DNA of 58,402 bases from Chromera velia. Lineage: Eukaryota. The DNA is taken from assembly GCA_018398765.1 (NCBI GenBank), contig JAHBMJ010000075.1, forward strand, positions 1-58,402, read 5' to 3'. Within the stretch, counting starts at the first letter, position 1. Every line of letters starts with the position of its first letter. The notes under the pieces are model-generated. The model was not told the DNA's origin. It saw nothing but the letters and a program-made list of their open reading frames with translations, and ran no database searches. Shown piece after piece: positions 1-12,934 of this stretch. Position numbers and translations under genes: made by a program.

Positions 1-1322
1 TGTTTAATGTTGCTACAAGATGCTTTATTGCATTGAGAAAAAGAGGCTCTCCAGCTTGCTGGACTTTCAAGAAAGAGAAGTAGACGCGTTTAGCTGACCG
101 GCCATTCTATACAGTAAGGGGAAATTGGTTGAGCTCCAGAGAACTTGAACGACGCCGCCTGTGGCGCTTTTGTTTGATTCTGCATACAATGTCATAAACG
201 AGGACAGAAGCCAAAAAGAAATAAGAAAGTATCATGGGTTTTCAAAAAAGAAGTGGATAGACCGTCATGCGGCGAGTATATTGAAGTCAAGACATACGGA
301 GACGCAATTGTTGCTCGAAGTTTCGCTGAGGTTGACTCTTAAAAGTGAAAAGCAAACCGCAAAGCAACAAGGGTTTGTGATCAACATGCTGACAAATAGT
401 TCGTCCAAGACTGGTGGGCTGCGTGGCTGAACCTACTCTGCACACAGGTCACTTCATGACATCTCCCAGCCGCTCCCAGCATGCGTTGACTGACCTTTTG
501 AGATCCAAAAACTCAGATAAGTCCGTTCTGGTTAAGCGGGTCGTCTCCAAAGCTCGATGACACGACAAATTGAAGAGCTGACATTCTAAAAAGACGTTCA
601 GTGACACACTGTTCAACAGTTGTATTGAAAAGATGAAGTGAGCCAACATGAGACGACAATGAAGCTCGACTTGAAAAGTAGAGAGCTGCATTGCGATGCA
701 TGCATGAGGCTTTGCATGAACATTTTCTGAGCGCGTTGCGTGGCTTTCAAAATGGAGCCGGTTGGGGATGCGTTGTATGTGTGGCGCGCCGGTGCATGTG
801 CGCTCGCGGGCCTGCCCATGCATATCGCCGCGCAACCGGCCGCCTGGCGGCCACAGCCTTGCGGACCGCCTGGGGAAGGTCAAAAATAAGGCCCCAGGCA
901 GCCCGAGAGGGCTGCCTAGGGTCAGCCCAGGCAGTCATTTTCCAGGTTTAGACAGCATGAGTGGAGGGCCCAACATGAGTCCTGCGAGAATACACACACG
1001 TACGGAGAAAAACATAGACTCACACACAGATATACACACACAACCACGGATGCACGCACACATCAGTACAAAATACAGGCACGGAGACAAGCAAACACAG
1101 GTACAAAATATAAGCATGGACGCACGTACATATAACTGCATCCAGTAAAGTGATAGTGCCCACCTGCTCAGACGATTTGGCTGTAACGGCCACCAGTATG
1201 TCAGACTTTAGGCATGTGGAGGGAGCAGAGAAGCCAAAAAAGAATTTAATTTAGATGGCAAAGCATTTTGGAGGTCGATAAGCGAATGTATGCATGCTAA
1301 TTAGCCATATTACATTATATTA

Positions 1323-1372
<50 letters not shown>

Positions 1373-1400
1373 TTATTTAATAATAGTACGTATCGATATA

Positions 1401-1535
1401 ACATTGATCACTGACGCACGCGCAGGTCGGTACGGCAAGTAACATCATTGACGCACACCGGTCTATACGGTAAATAACATCACATTGATGCACGTCAGCT
1501 TACGGTAAGTAACATCACATTAATGCACGCCGTAT
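1401..1535 (+). repeat. Degenerate ~35-45-bp minisatellite
   Basis: Recurring TACGG(T/C)AA(G/A)TAACATCA(CA)TTGA.GCAC core with short variable linkers, about 3.5 units. Confidence 0.65.
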
Positions 1536-1595
1536 CATGTATTATTGACCTACCAAGCCCCGTGGTTTCGGCATACATGCACGTATGACACGCAC

Positions 1596-1751
1596 AAAAG
1601 AAAGAAAGAAAGAAAAAAAGACAGACAGACAGACAGAAAGAAAGAAACAAAGAACAAAAATCTTAGAAAGAAAGAAAAAAAGAAAGAGGGAGAGGGAGAG
1701 GGAGAGGAAGAAAGGAAGAAATGAAGAAAGAAAGGAAGAAAGGAAGAAAAA

Positions 1752-1783
<32 letters not shown>

Positions 1784-1837
1784 CGAAGGCAGAAAGGAAA
1801 GGAGGAAGGAAAGATGGAAGGAAGGAACAAAGAAAAA

Positions 1838-1873
<36 letters not shown>

Positions 1874-1980
1874 AAAAAAAAAATAGAAAGGGAGGGTAGG
1901 AGGAAGGCAGAAAGGTAGAAAGGGAATCGAAGGAAAGGAAAGGAAAGGAAAAAAAGAACGAAACGAAAGGAAAAAGGAAG
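1596..1980 (+). repeat. (AAAG)n/purine microsatellite
   Basis: Directly visible; similar tracts at 9333-9436 and, as TTTC, at 39001-39155. Confidence 0.9.
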
Positions 1981-2916
1981 GCAGCTCTTAAAAATGAAAG
2001 GGAAGAGAATATAAGGAAAGAGGGAAAGAAAGAAAGTAGGGACGGAGGGCTTCCAAGAGAAGAATGTGCAGGGAGCTTCTCAGGGTCTCAGAGGAGGAAG
2101 AACCACAAAATTGAGTGAGGGAGAAAGGCGAGGAGTAAGAGAGAAGAGGAGGGAGGAGGTTTCGGAGATGGGAGGAAATGGAGAAGGAAAAAAGAATAGA
2201 ACAAACAAAAACCGGAAAAAAAAATATATACACACATAATATATTTTGATCGAAGTGCGTTTCTTTTTATATCATTGCAGGCCAATCAACGTCTTCAATT
2301 TTACGGGAAGCGCCGCATAGCAGGGGTTGCCAATAACTGTATGACATGAGTGTGGGTTAAGGAGCAAGCGGATGCGAGCACCTCGACCGGCCGCTGCAAT
2401 CAGTGTTGCCACCGCGATGATGAAAGAGTCAGTGCATATGCGTGCATCGCGGGACTGAGGTTGAAAGGGAGCACGTGCGTCGTTGCATGCATTTTAGCCA
2501 CATAAATCACCAGTGGCGTTTCTGTTGTCTGTTGTATGAGAGCATGAGATCAGACTGATAGCAAGCCAGATACTGGAAACACAAACAGCGACGGTCTTTC
2601 CGACTGACAAACCTTTTACTGCCTAGACCATGTACACGTTACAGGCGTACCACAGTGTGCATGTATGCTACCAATAGCCATTAGAATTAAAGAGCTCTAG
2701 CTAGAGTTGCAAATGTAACAGAAATGTTTTGATTGGTTTTAATTGACACACATGTAAATACATTTATCGCTCAAGACAAATTTAAAAATAAATTGATATA
2801 AAAATTAAAATTTTATTACTATATATAGGCTTACTGTGCTACGTTTAAAATCTTATTATAAAATTGCTATTAAAATTGTATAACATTATTTTATTACTCA
2901 TGTTGCTGTACATTAT

Positions 2917-3145
2917 CTAGGCGTATCACAGTAAAAAAAAAAAAACTGAAAAGTTGCTTAAATTATTTTTTTATTTTTTTATTTTTTGCGTAACACTAAA
3001 GTAACAGTTGATAATAGTTGTGCAACACTCAAACAACACTTATGCAACACCTAAACAACAGTTGTTTGCTATATCCACTGCCTAAAAAAAAAAAATTATG
3101 CGAGAATTGGCTTTAATTATTTTTTTTTCTCTGTGATAGGCCTAG
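2917..3145. mobile_element. MITE-like AT-rich element
   Basis: Terminal inverted repeats CTAGGCGTATCACAG / CTGTGATAGGCCTAG (14/15) with adjoining A/T tracts; TAT flanks both sides. Confidence 0.55.
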
Positions 3146-3232
3146 TATATTATAGGATAGGATATCGTAGGATAAGATTTGCGTTTCACTTTATTTCAGT
3201 TACGTACTAAAACGTAAAAATGTGTTCGATAT

Positions 3233-3485
3233 GTGTTTGATAAAATATTAAACATATATATAAAAATAAATTTGAAACATATAAAATTTTGTTTTAAACA
3301 GACTTAAAAAGTTAAAAATCTGTTTGATAAAATTTTAAACATATGTATCTATAAACATAAATTTAAAGGATAAAATTTTGTTTCAAACAAACCTAAAAAA
3401 TTAAAAATCTGTTTGATAAAATTTCAAAGATATCTAAACATAAATTTAAAACATGAAATGTTGTTTCGAAAACACCTAAAAAGTT
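3233..3485 (+). repeat. AT-rich ~88-bp tandem repeat, ~3 copies
   Basis: TGTTTGATAAAAT...AAACATAAATTT...TAAAAA(G/A)TTAAAAATC repeated. Confidence 0.7.
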
Positions 3486-3599
3486 TGGATTAAAAAGTCA
3501 AGTTCGAATCTAAAAAATACTCGAATAAGCTCGTTTCCGTCCTTTGAGATTGTTCATCTCTGAGTACGGACTGCAAAGGCAACAACATGAAGACGACCC

Positions 3600-5027
3600 T
3601 ACTGTTTTAGAGCATTACTTGGCCGAGTTTGCAACAAAGGTGGAGGAGGGGTGGTTTCATGATGAAGATAGATTGGTGTTTGCAAAGCTGATCCAAATCC
3701 TGGTCGAGGTGCACGCTCATCGGGGCTTCCCTTTGGTGTGTGCAGAGGGGAGGGGAAAGAGACAGAGAAAACGAAAGCAGAGTCAGATTGACGCCCACCC
3801 CGCTGACCTCGAAGAGCCTCTTGGAGATTCCTCTTCCGATCCCTCTTCAGAGTTGGACTCCTCGTTTGAGCCTCCGCAGAGCAGTTTTCTGCAGAGAGAG
3901 GAGGGGGGTGAGGGAGCAGAGAGATGGATAGGAGGGGAGGGAAGGGGGAAGGGGGACGAAGACTGATGAAGCCAAGCCCTGTGTGTCTGCCTGTGTGCCT
4001 ATCTATTTACGTACTTGTATGCCTGCCCGGGTGCCTGCCTGGGTGTCTGCCTGTGTGCTTACCTGGGTGCCTATCTGGATGCCTGCCTGGATGGCAGTGA
4101 GTGCTTAATTCCCTGTATGGATGCCTGCCTGTGTGTCTGCTTGTCTGCCTGCTTGTCTGCCTATTTAATTGCCTTTGCTTACTTGCTCTTACCTGCATGC
4201 TTGTATGCCTGCCTGCCAGTGGGTAGAGAGAAAGCGGGGCAGATAGAGAGAGAGCGGGGGTAGATAGAAGGAAAGCAGGGTAGAGAGGTGGTCAATTTCC
4301 CTCCGGCAGTTGACCAAAACTGCCATCATTGGGAAAGCTTCTGCATGTACGGACCTGAAGAAAGAGGGAGAGGGCGGAGTTGTACTATTCAAAAAGGGGT
4401 GTGCAGTTTTCCACGGTGGGAATGATGACATCTGGAGCATACCAGCAGCGTATCTCAGGGGTGATTCTGCAAAAAGATCTCCATGGCAAAGCGCTTCCAG
4501 GAGAGGGAGTCATCAAATTGGGGGACCTGACAGCGTCCGAGAGAAAACTGTCTGTGGGGAGAGGGAAAGAGGTACCGTCGATGATCAATCTCCCAGGGAA
4601 ACCGGTGAAGCCTTCTAAGCAGCATGAGCTGCCAGTACGCATCAGCAACTGCGTCTCCAATTGCCCCCCAACATGCAGGATCTCCGTTAGCCGCCCCTAC
4701 TTCGCATTCTCCCCCGAAGAAGCAAAGGTATATACAAAGCCGGAACCCCCTGCACCTCACTCGATGCAAAATTTCTTGATCAGACGCCTGGCGGCACGAA
4801 GGGAGAAGGAGACGGCCGTGTTCATGAGCCCTGTAGTCGATGAACTGATGGTTGTACAGAGGGCTTCCTTCAGTCCCGCATATCCACCCGGCAACCTGCC
4901 GACACTTCGACAGCAGCCAGTCCAGGTGCGCAAACACAAAATAGTCAGCCAGCTCTTCTGGAGACAAATTGAAGTAACACAAACTCTGTCTACCAGAGAT
5001 CAGCCCTGAGTGGTGTTGTCGGGGCAT
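3600..5027 (-). pseudogene. Possible decayed spliced gene, divergent from the helicase
   Basis: Minus-strand splice signals: donor GTCCGT at 4354; polypyrimidine tract plus CTGCAG acceptor at 3889; donor GTCAGC at 3807. The most protein-like frame carries several in-frame stops. No family recognised. Confidence 0.3.
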
Positions 5028-5588
5028 TTTAAATTGGAAGCAACAAAGAGAGGCTGGCTGGAAGACTCTTGATTTATCTAAAACGCTACTCTGATACCTG
5101 TTTCAGTGTTACCAATGTCTTCTTCCACACCTACTGGTAAACATTACTAGATTCTTTCGTGATCTTGCCATTTTTGAGTGTTGCATGGCTCTGCAGACTG
5201 GCAGCTGCATGCTCGCACGCTCTTTTTCTCAGTAGATCTTCTTTTACTTGTAGGGTACTTAAAAGAACACTCTAACAGTGGGTCTGATGACCCAGGCACC
5301 TGCCGTCTATACACTTGAGGCTGTGCATGGCTGGGATCTCTAAGGCCCCAAGATTTTTTTTTACATCACTTCTTTTTTTTATTTCTGTAAGAGCCACTGG
5401 CCCCAGAAAACTAAGATTGATATACATTGTTACGAATTTTACCGGGGTGATTTAACAAAAAGCGCAAGCGAGCGATAGGTGCAACCAAGCCCCTCTTGCT
5501 ACTGCCTTTGCGTGAGGGTCCCATTGAGGGACATGCAGCGCGTTTGACAGCCTGCATGACTCAAACTCACGGCCCAAGGGACGTCCGG

Positions 5589-5736
5589 TGTTGTGTTATG
5601 CGAGTTTTTGTTGAGTCATGGGGCCTCACAGGTGAGCTGCCCTCTGAAAGCGATAACGATTTTTAATCATGAGACCGCGCGTTTTATCGCTTAGACACAC
5701 AACCTCACAGCTTTGGTAAGTGCCCTGTAAGGATTG
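5589..5736 (+). promoter_or_regulatory. Conserved upstream module, copy A (~290 bp before the helicase ATG)
   Basis: Shares a 47-bp identical block and a 44-bp block (2 mismatches) with the reverse complement of 36444-36626. Central AAGCGATAA...TTATCGCTT inverted repeat. Regulatory role is inferred from position only. Confidence 0.45.
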
Positions 5737-6023
5737 CGTTTTAGGGTTGCGCGGCCCGTCAGACATAGTGAAACTGCAAATTTAACCGATACACAGAAAC
5801 AGTCAGGCACTGCGTTCAATCTGCGTTCAAGACTGTGACAAGACATTCCAGGCAGCGAAGCGACCGAAGAGGTTTGATTTGCACAGAGAGTTGTAGGAAG
5901 TCTGCTCTCAGCCACTGGCATGAGCTGAGCTCTGTACCCTATTTAAGTCAGGCGACACTTCTTCAAGGAGACGTACAGAGTCCAGTCTTCCTCCATTCCC
6001 TGACTGTACGTCTCTTCGCGATC

Positions 6024-7081
6024 ATGAGCGACAAGAGTGCAGCCCTCCGCAACCGCCTGCTGCAGAGGATGCGGGAGCGGGAGCTTGCGGCAGCAGCGAG
6101 GGAGTCTGAAAGAAACGAAGAACTCCCCGAGAACTGCGAATACGGGAACGGGCAAGAGACAGCAGATCCAGAGACGTCGGAAAGGCGCTCGAGGGAGGCA
6201 TCACACAGACCCGCCGGAGAATCCCCCACAGGAATAACCGGAAGTGCCACCCCACCTCCAGCCCCTCCTGTGCCAGGCAGCCGAGAGGAGCTTGCGCGCA
6301 AGGCTGATGCCTACGCCCGCGAAAAGATTGCGCTGGTAGTTTTGGAGAAGAAGGAGGATCTCGAGCAGACGCGACTGCGTTCTGTTGAGTGGAGCGACGC
6401 GAAGTTGGAGAGGGAGGGGATGCTGCTGACGGGTTTGAGGGGTTCTATTCACAGTGGCAGCTTTATGGGCAAGCAGCTGGTGATTCTGAACCGACCAGAC
6501 GGACGGAATCTTCCCTTCCACGGTTTCTCCGCAGGGGACATTGTGGTCATGGAGAGGTCCAAGACCAAGTTCTCGGCTTTCCAAGGGCAGGGGAGGTACT
6601 ATGGCCATGGAAGGGCGGATGAGGAGGTGAATGGAATGCTCCATGAGGCGCGTATGGAGAGACTGGTCGTGATGGTGGATGAAGCCCTTCCGCCTTCTTT
6701 CACCAAGGGAGACTGGAGGTGGGTCCGTTTGATTCTTTGTGGTTGTTCTGTTTTGTGTTGGGCTGATCTCCTTTTGCCTAATACCCTCTTTTTCTTTTTC
6801 TTTCTCTATCAGTTCTCCAGCAATGCTCCATTTCCTCTCACACTCTCCCTTCATGTTCAGTGCCTGATTGTTCTGAATCACGCCAATCCTCTCATCCCCC
6901 GCCGTTTCTCAGGGATGTTGTGCGCTCTCACGCGTCCACCAGACGCCCAGCAGTTCCCCTCTTGATTTTGTTGAATCGAAGTGTGTGACTTGTACGAAAG
7001 TAGTCGCCTCTCTCGATCTCTTTTTAATCACTTGTTCTTGTATCTGTCTGTCTGTCTGTCTGTCTGTCTGAAGAACATATA

Positions 7082-7116
<35 letters not shown>

Positions 7117-7328
7117 CTACTGCATGTCCTTCATGTGTGACTTGACAGAGTTTATGGATCTTTTGGTGGTGATGCGTGACGACGACTATTTCTGTGAATC
7201 CCTCTCACTTTCTCTCTCCCTCTCTCTGCCCATCGGTTTCTTTTTGTGTCTCTCTCTTTGCCTCTTTGTCTGTCTGTCTGTCTGTCTGTCTCTGTCTCTC
7301 TGTCTCTCTCTCTCTCTCTCGCTCTCTG

Positions 7329-7371
<43 letters not shown>

Positions 7372-8734
7372 TGCGTGTGTGTGTGCAGGCTCCTGAAAGG
7401 GTCCAGTTTTGCGACCTTTGATAGGATGGAGAAGGCTGCAGCCCTGATGAAGTCGGAGGTCCCCAGAGAGCCCCCCCCCCTGCCTGAACACGACGAGGTA
7501 TCGATAGAGCCGGATTGGTCCTTCGGTGAAGTGACTCGAGAAGAGGAAGAACAAGAGAAGCGAAGGGAAGAGCAAAGGGAGGGGGGGAAGAAGGAGTGGT
7601 GGACGGGGCTATACTCTACCCCGACTCAGAGTCAGCAGAGGGCAAAGAACAGGGGAGGGGGGGGAGGGAAGGGCGTTGCAATTGCGCAGAAAAATGCACG
7701 CAAAGAAGAGAAACGCGCGAAGGCAGAGGAAGCCAGCCGAGCACATCATGAAAGAGTTCGTCGTGCAGAGGCAGAGGGTGGGCGTGAGGCTGCTGCCGCT
7801 GTCGCGCAGGCTGCCTCCCTCCCTGGTTTGTTTGAAGACAACCGAGAGAATGAGGAGGCCCTCGAGTCTCCCCCCGATCCGTGTGCCTCGTATCGAGTCG
7901 GAACTGCCCTGCGAGACGTTCTTCTTTTTCCGGAGAGGGGGGGGGGATTCGATTCGAGTGATCTGTTCGCAGAGCCAGTCGTCGGATGGGGCAAGCGACT
8001 GTTTCGAGTGTGCGGCCGCTTGGATGAGGAGACACGGACGACAAAGAGAAAACCTTATTATGAGCTGCCGACGGTGAAGGGAATTATGAAGATCAAAAGG
8101 TGGCCCCGAAATGAGCCTTTGGGGCATGAGATTATCGTGGCGATGGAACACGAGAGATGGCGGGAAGAGCGGGAGACGGGAAGAAAGTTGGGAGAGACCG
8201 CTGACGAAAGGAGACTCGATTTGTGGTTGGGGATGGTGGTTGACTATGACCCGCAAGCCGGGAAGAATGGGTGGTCGGTAGCGGCTGCTGCTGAGAAAAA
8301 GCGCAAGAAGAAGACGGAGGCAGACGACGACTACGGACCGTTGAACGTCTCTCAACTGAAAGCTATCGGGGGTGCTTTGGCATACCGCATGATGTTGATC
8401 CAGGGGCCACCGGGGACAGGTCTGTCTGTCTGTCGTGCCGTTCTGTCTGTCTGTCTCTCTTTTGTTTTTGGGTATGGTCAAGGAAAGGCGTGCAGGTCTG
8501 CTTTGATGACAATACCAATGCAGAAACAGAAAGGTTGTTTCATTCTCTCGCATACCCAATGGAGGAGAGAAGAAATGGGTAAGTCGAGACGGATACAAGG
8601 ATCGAATACATTAGTGAGCGGACTGAGTGACATCGAGGCGAATGAATGGATGGATGGGTGAGCGCAGGAGGAGAGGTTCAATGAGTCAGCCTTCCCCCCC
8701 CCCCCTCTCTCACACACACACACACACGCACACG

Positions 8735-8771
<37 letters not shown>

Positions 8772-9344
8772 CAGAAGTGTACTGCGAATATATTCAGAAA
8801 AAAACGTTGAGACTGCCGGAGACAGCCATTCAGCAAAGAAGGCTGCAGAACCTGCGCAGTTTCTGATGCCTGCCGTCTCCTATCGGATCTCTTCCCCTCT
8901 CTGTGTTTTGTGTGTGGGTATCATCACTAAATGTATGCAGGCAAGACGACGACAGTGTCGCACTTTCTGCACCTCGTGAAGTCGGTCCTTGACTTCCCTC
9001 ACCCTGTCCTCGTGTGCGCCCAGAGCAACACGGCAGTCGACAACCTTCTCGACATCCTCTGTAGCCGCGCCTTCCGCCTGAAGGCTGTGCGGATAGGGCA
9101 GCCGGTCAGGGTCAGAGAGGACCTCAGGGACAGAACACTGGATGCGTTGATGTCGAAAGACGACAGATTCCCTCTGCTGGAGGAGCGCGAGGCCGCCTTG
9201 AAGAAGTTGAAGGTGAGTCTTGTGGTCACTTTCTTACTCTCTCTGTCGGTTTGCCGGGGTGTCTGTCCCTGCATTGACCTCTTTTATTTGTGCTGACATT
9301 CATCTTCCCGGGCTTTGTCTCTTTGCGAACACAAGAAAGAAGGA

Positions 9345-9379
<35 letters not shown>

Positions 9380-9887
9380 GAAGGAAGGAAGGAAGAAAAA
9401 AAGAAAGAAGGAAGGAAGGAAGAAAGAAAGAAAGAAATTGAACGAAACCCTCGGATTGTCTGACCACCTCATCCATACAGGTGAAGAGATCAACTCAAGG
9501 AGAGGAACGACACTTACGCTACTGTGCGTGTCGGTCTGTCTGTCTGTCTGCCTGTCTGTCTATCTGTCTGTGTCTCTCTGTTTGTCTGTTTGCAGGCCGA
9601 GAAGCGAGAGTGTGAAAACAGCTTCAATCGCCGCTTGCTCGACAAGAAGATTGCGGTAGTGGAGAAGCAGACGCAGAGAGTGCGAAGGATTATTCGGGAC
9701 CAGGTGCTCCAAACCCAGGGACAGATTGTCTGCGCGACCTGTTCGGGATCGGCAGACATCCGTTTGGATTCTTCGTTCTTCCCGGTCCGTCCGCTTGATT
9801 GCCTTCCTCCTTTTTGCGTCCTTCTGGTTTTTGTAAGCTTCTTTTAGGCCTGCCTGTCTCCTTGACAAGACTGGGGAGACTGATGCA

Positions 9888-9926
<39 letters not shown>

Positions 9927-12011
9927 CATTCTGTGCATTCATTTTTTTGGTGTCCATCGGCTCTCTTAGGCCTTTTCGCTCTTGAATTGTAATTCTTTTG
10001 AAGTCTTCTTTTGCGTCGGTCCTGCTCCATTCGCAGTGTCTTTCGTGCTCCTTTTTCCATCGCTGTCTTCATTCTTTTCTGCTCTTTTCCCCTGTCGCGT
10101 TATCCCTCTTGTCATCGTCACTATCTGCTCCTTCGATCGGCAAGACCGGACCACAGTCCCTCCCGTTCCTTCTGTTAATTCAAATTATCGTCCCGCATCC
10201 CTCCCTTGTTCCTTCCCTGCCTGTTTTGACTGCATGCCTCGCAACGTTCGACCTCTCTCTCTCTCTCTTTCTCTCTCTCTCTTCCTGCATGCAGCTGGTC
10301 GTGTTGGATGAGGGCAGCCAGAGCAACGAGGCCGAGACATTGGTGCCCATGATGAAGGGCTGCAGGCACCTAGTTGCTGTGGGGGACCACAAACAGCTGC
10401 CCCCTGTGATTATGTCACAGGAGGCCAAGAGACGAGGCCTCGATGTCTCCCTCTTCGAACGCCTCGCTACCACTGAACTCTCCCCACCGGCAGAAAACAC
10501 TTCTTTTTCGTCTTCGTCTTCTTCTTCTGCCAGTTCTTCTCAGACCCCCCCACAGCAGGAGCAAGAGCAGAGAGGGACAGAGAGAGACAGAAAGGGATCC
10601 CGAAGAATTCAGGCAGGAGACGCATCGTGTTGCACTGCCTTTTCGATGCTTTCTATTCAGTACCGCATGCACCCTCAGATCTCCAGAGTGCCCTCCGAAC
10701 TCTTCTATGGAGACAAAATCAGAGACGGGGTGCACTATTGCGACGTTCCCATTGCTCTCTGCATGCCGATGGGTTTTGACAAACCCCCCGCCAATATTGC
10801 ATGGATTGGCAACACGTCTCCGGAAGAGGTTGCTGATCGAGGCAGCAAGAGAAACTGCGGGGAAGTCCAGGTCGTGTGTGACGTGGTGAAGGGTCTACTG
10901 GGACTCGATGAGAAGAAGAGAGGCAAAGCACCTCGCGAGCTTTTTCTTCAGTTGGATGACATCGGAATCATCACCCCTTACTCCGCTCAACAGGAATTGA
11001 TTGCATCCGCAATGGAACAAATGCTGGCCACAGAAGGTGAGAACATGCCGAGTGGGTCTGCCGTTGCCACAGACTTTTCGGACGCAGCAGCCGTTGCAGC
11101 TGTCCGTGGGGCAAGAGGAAACAAGGCAGAGGGGGGGTCTAGTTCAAGCTCTTCCGCGTCCCAGTGGGGTATCCCCCAAGCTTCGTATGGACTCCCTGGA
11201 AATGGGGATGCCAGTCCGGATGGCTCTGAGGGGTTGGGAGGGCCTGGGGCGGTTCTTGAGATCCGAACAGTGGACGGGTTTCAAGGACGTGAGAAGGAGA
11301 TCATCATTTTTTCTTGTGTGCGTTCGAACGACAACGGGGAGATTGGATTTCTCGACGATGAGAGGAGGTTGAACGTTGGCCTCACCAGAGCCAAGAGGGG
11401 ACTCGTCGTGGTCAGTCAGCGTGCATGTCACTTTGTTTTTGTTTTGTCAGACAGACAGACAGACAGACAGGAAGTTTCATGTGCGATTTGAATTGACAAC
11501 CAGATTTGGTTGGTCATTCGTTTGTTCTCAGCGAAGCGAAACGAAGCAGGATCACCAAGTGCAGACAGGAAGTCGAGCATAGCTCAATCAGTTGCAAGCC
11601 CTCTTTGTGAGCAAGCTTTTCAGCTTACCTCGGGATGGATGGATACCTACGTGGCGAGATGGTCTGCACATGAGTATAGGGAGAGGCAGACACTGTTCCT
11701 TTGACTCTTTTGGAAGATGAAGCATGGGCCATCATGAGCAGTCCTTTGACCTGCTGAACATCGAGACTGTCTGCCATCGATTGTTCTGTCTGCGAGAAAC
11801 TGTGGACATCATGCAAGTATGCGTATGATCGAGATGTGTCTTGGATGGGTGGAGGTTGCCTGTCTGCCTGCAGGTGGGCAATGCGGAGACTCTGACTGCC
11901 GGTGACAAGAAGGGGAACTGGAGTTACCTCATCGCCCACATGAGACACCTGCAGTGTTTCATTGAGCCTCATGAGGCGTGGGCGTACTTCCTCGAGCATG
12001 ATTACCGCTAG
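6024..12011 (+). CDS. SF1 (Upf1-like family) helicase, IGHMBP2/SMUBP-2/Hcs1-like; 6 exons, ~1146 aa
   Basis: Hand-spliced exons 6024-6718, 7389-8419, 8941-9212, 9596-9784, 10295-11410, 11874-12011; all GT-AG with compatible phases, 3441 nt total. Motifs: LNVSQ, IQGPPGT/GKT (Walker A split by an intron), AQSNTAVDNL, LVVLDEGSQ, VGDHKQLPP, SLFERL, LSIQYRMHP, IGIITPYSAQ, TVDGFQGREKE, RRLNVGLTRAK. N-terminus (LEREG..L..L...G...LP...FSAGDIV) resembles SMUBP-2; no Upf1 CH zinc domain seen. Confidence 0.9.
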
Positions 12012-12934
12012 AGCGTTTGCATTCTTTAGCCTGCGGATCGAGCTATCCTCTTCCTTCTGCGTGCAATCGCACACAAAGCCTAGTAGCGAATAGTAGCGAG
12101 CAGCAAAAAGCAGCTAATGCATGAACACGCACAACAGCTAGTTTGGGTTTTTTTGTGCATGGCACAAACCGTAATTTGATTAACTTTGATAGCAAATTAA
12201 ATCATACACTTAGACTTTAAGAGTTACCCGGATAGCACAGTAACTTTAGGATTCACAACCCCGTAAAGTTACTGTACTATCACCCCGGTTGATTGATTGA
12301 TTGATTGATTGATTGATATGTTCCGCCCTAGGGCCTTCCCGCTATGTCTATCTGTCGCCAGAGCTAGCACTCCCCACTTGTAAGTAATGATAGAAGTGAA
12401 ACAGCCATAAGATTAACTTACTAACTTTTAAGTTATTAAGTTAAATAAGGATTGAATAAGGAATGATGATGGATGAGCACTAACGTGAAGCTAGGTTTAC
12501 TAACTTACAAGTAACGTCATCATTATACTTGAAAATCTAGTATGATTTCACTCAATATCTACCAGACCTTAGCAAAACAAGATTTACTATGCATGTGCTA
12601 GGTGTTTTTCAGAACTTTTTCTAAATAAAAGAGACCGATTCACAACAAATTGATAAAAACGAAAAGACATACGCTTAATGGAAATAAACTTTGATCTCTT
12701 TCCGTTCTGTACTACATGCAGGCGCAATATATTTTTTCTATAGCACTCGCTAACTATGATTCATGAACGCAAAAATGCACTTGCAGAATGTTTAAAACTC
12801 TTTGTTTCTAGTTTTTAAGCACTGTTTACTGCCCAAACATGCCTGCGGGATAAGGTTGTTTTGGAGACCGTTTTGGTATTGGAGACCGTTTTGAAAAATT
12901 TTCCTTTATGACTTTAATCAGTAGAAGAGTCTGT

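Noticed and set aside
1401..1535. CRISPR-like repeat/spacer pattern (also 24364-24645 and 28095-28345)
   Set aside because: Repeats are degenerate, linkers are very short or A-rich rather than unique spacers, no cas genes are present, and the context is eukaryotic.
5589..5736. Spliced-leader or snRNA gene
   Set aside because: It contains donor-like GGTGAG/GGTAAG and a U-rich tract, but I recognise no match to known SL or U snRNAs; left as an unclassified module.
6024..12011. Calling the helicase UPF1
   Set aside because: No N-terminal Cys/His zinc domain; the N-terminus fits SMUBP-2/IGHMBP2. Orthology is unproven, so no gene symbol is given.
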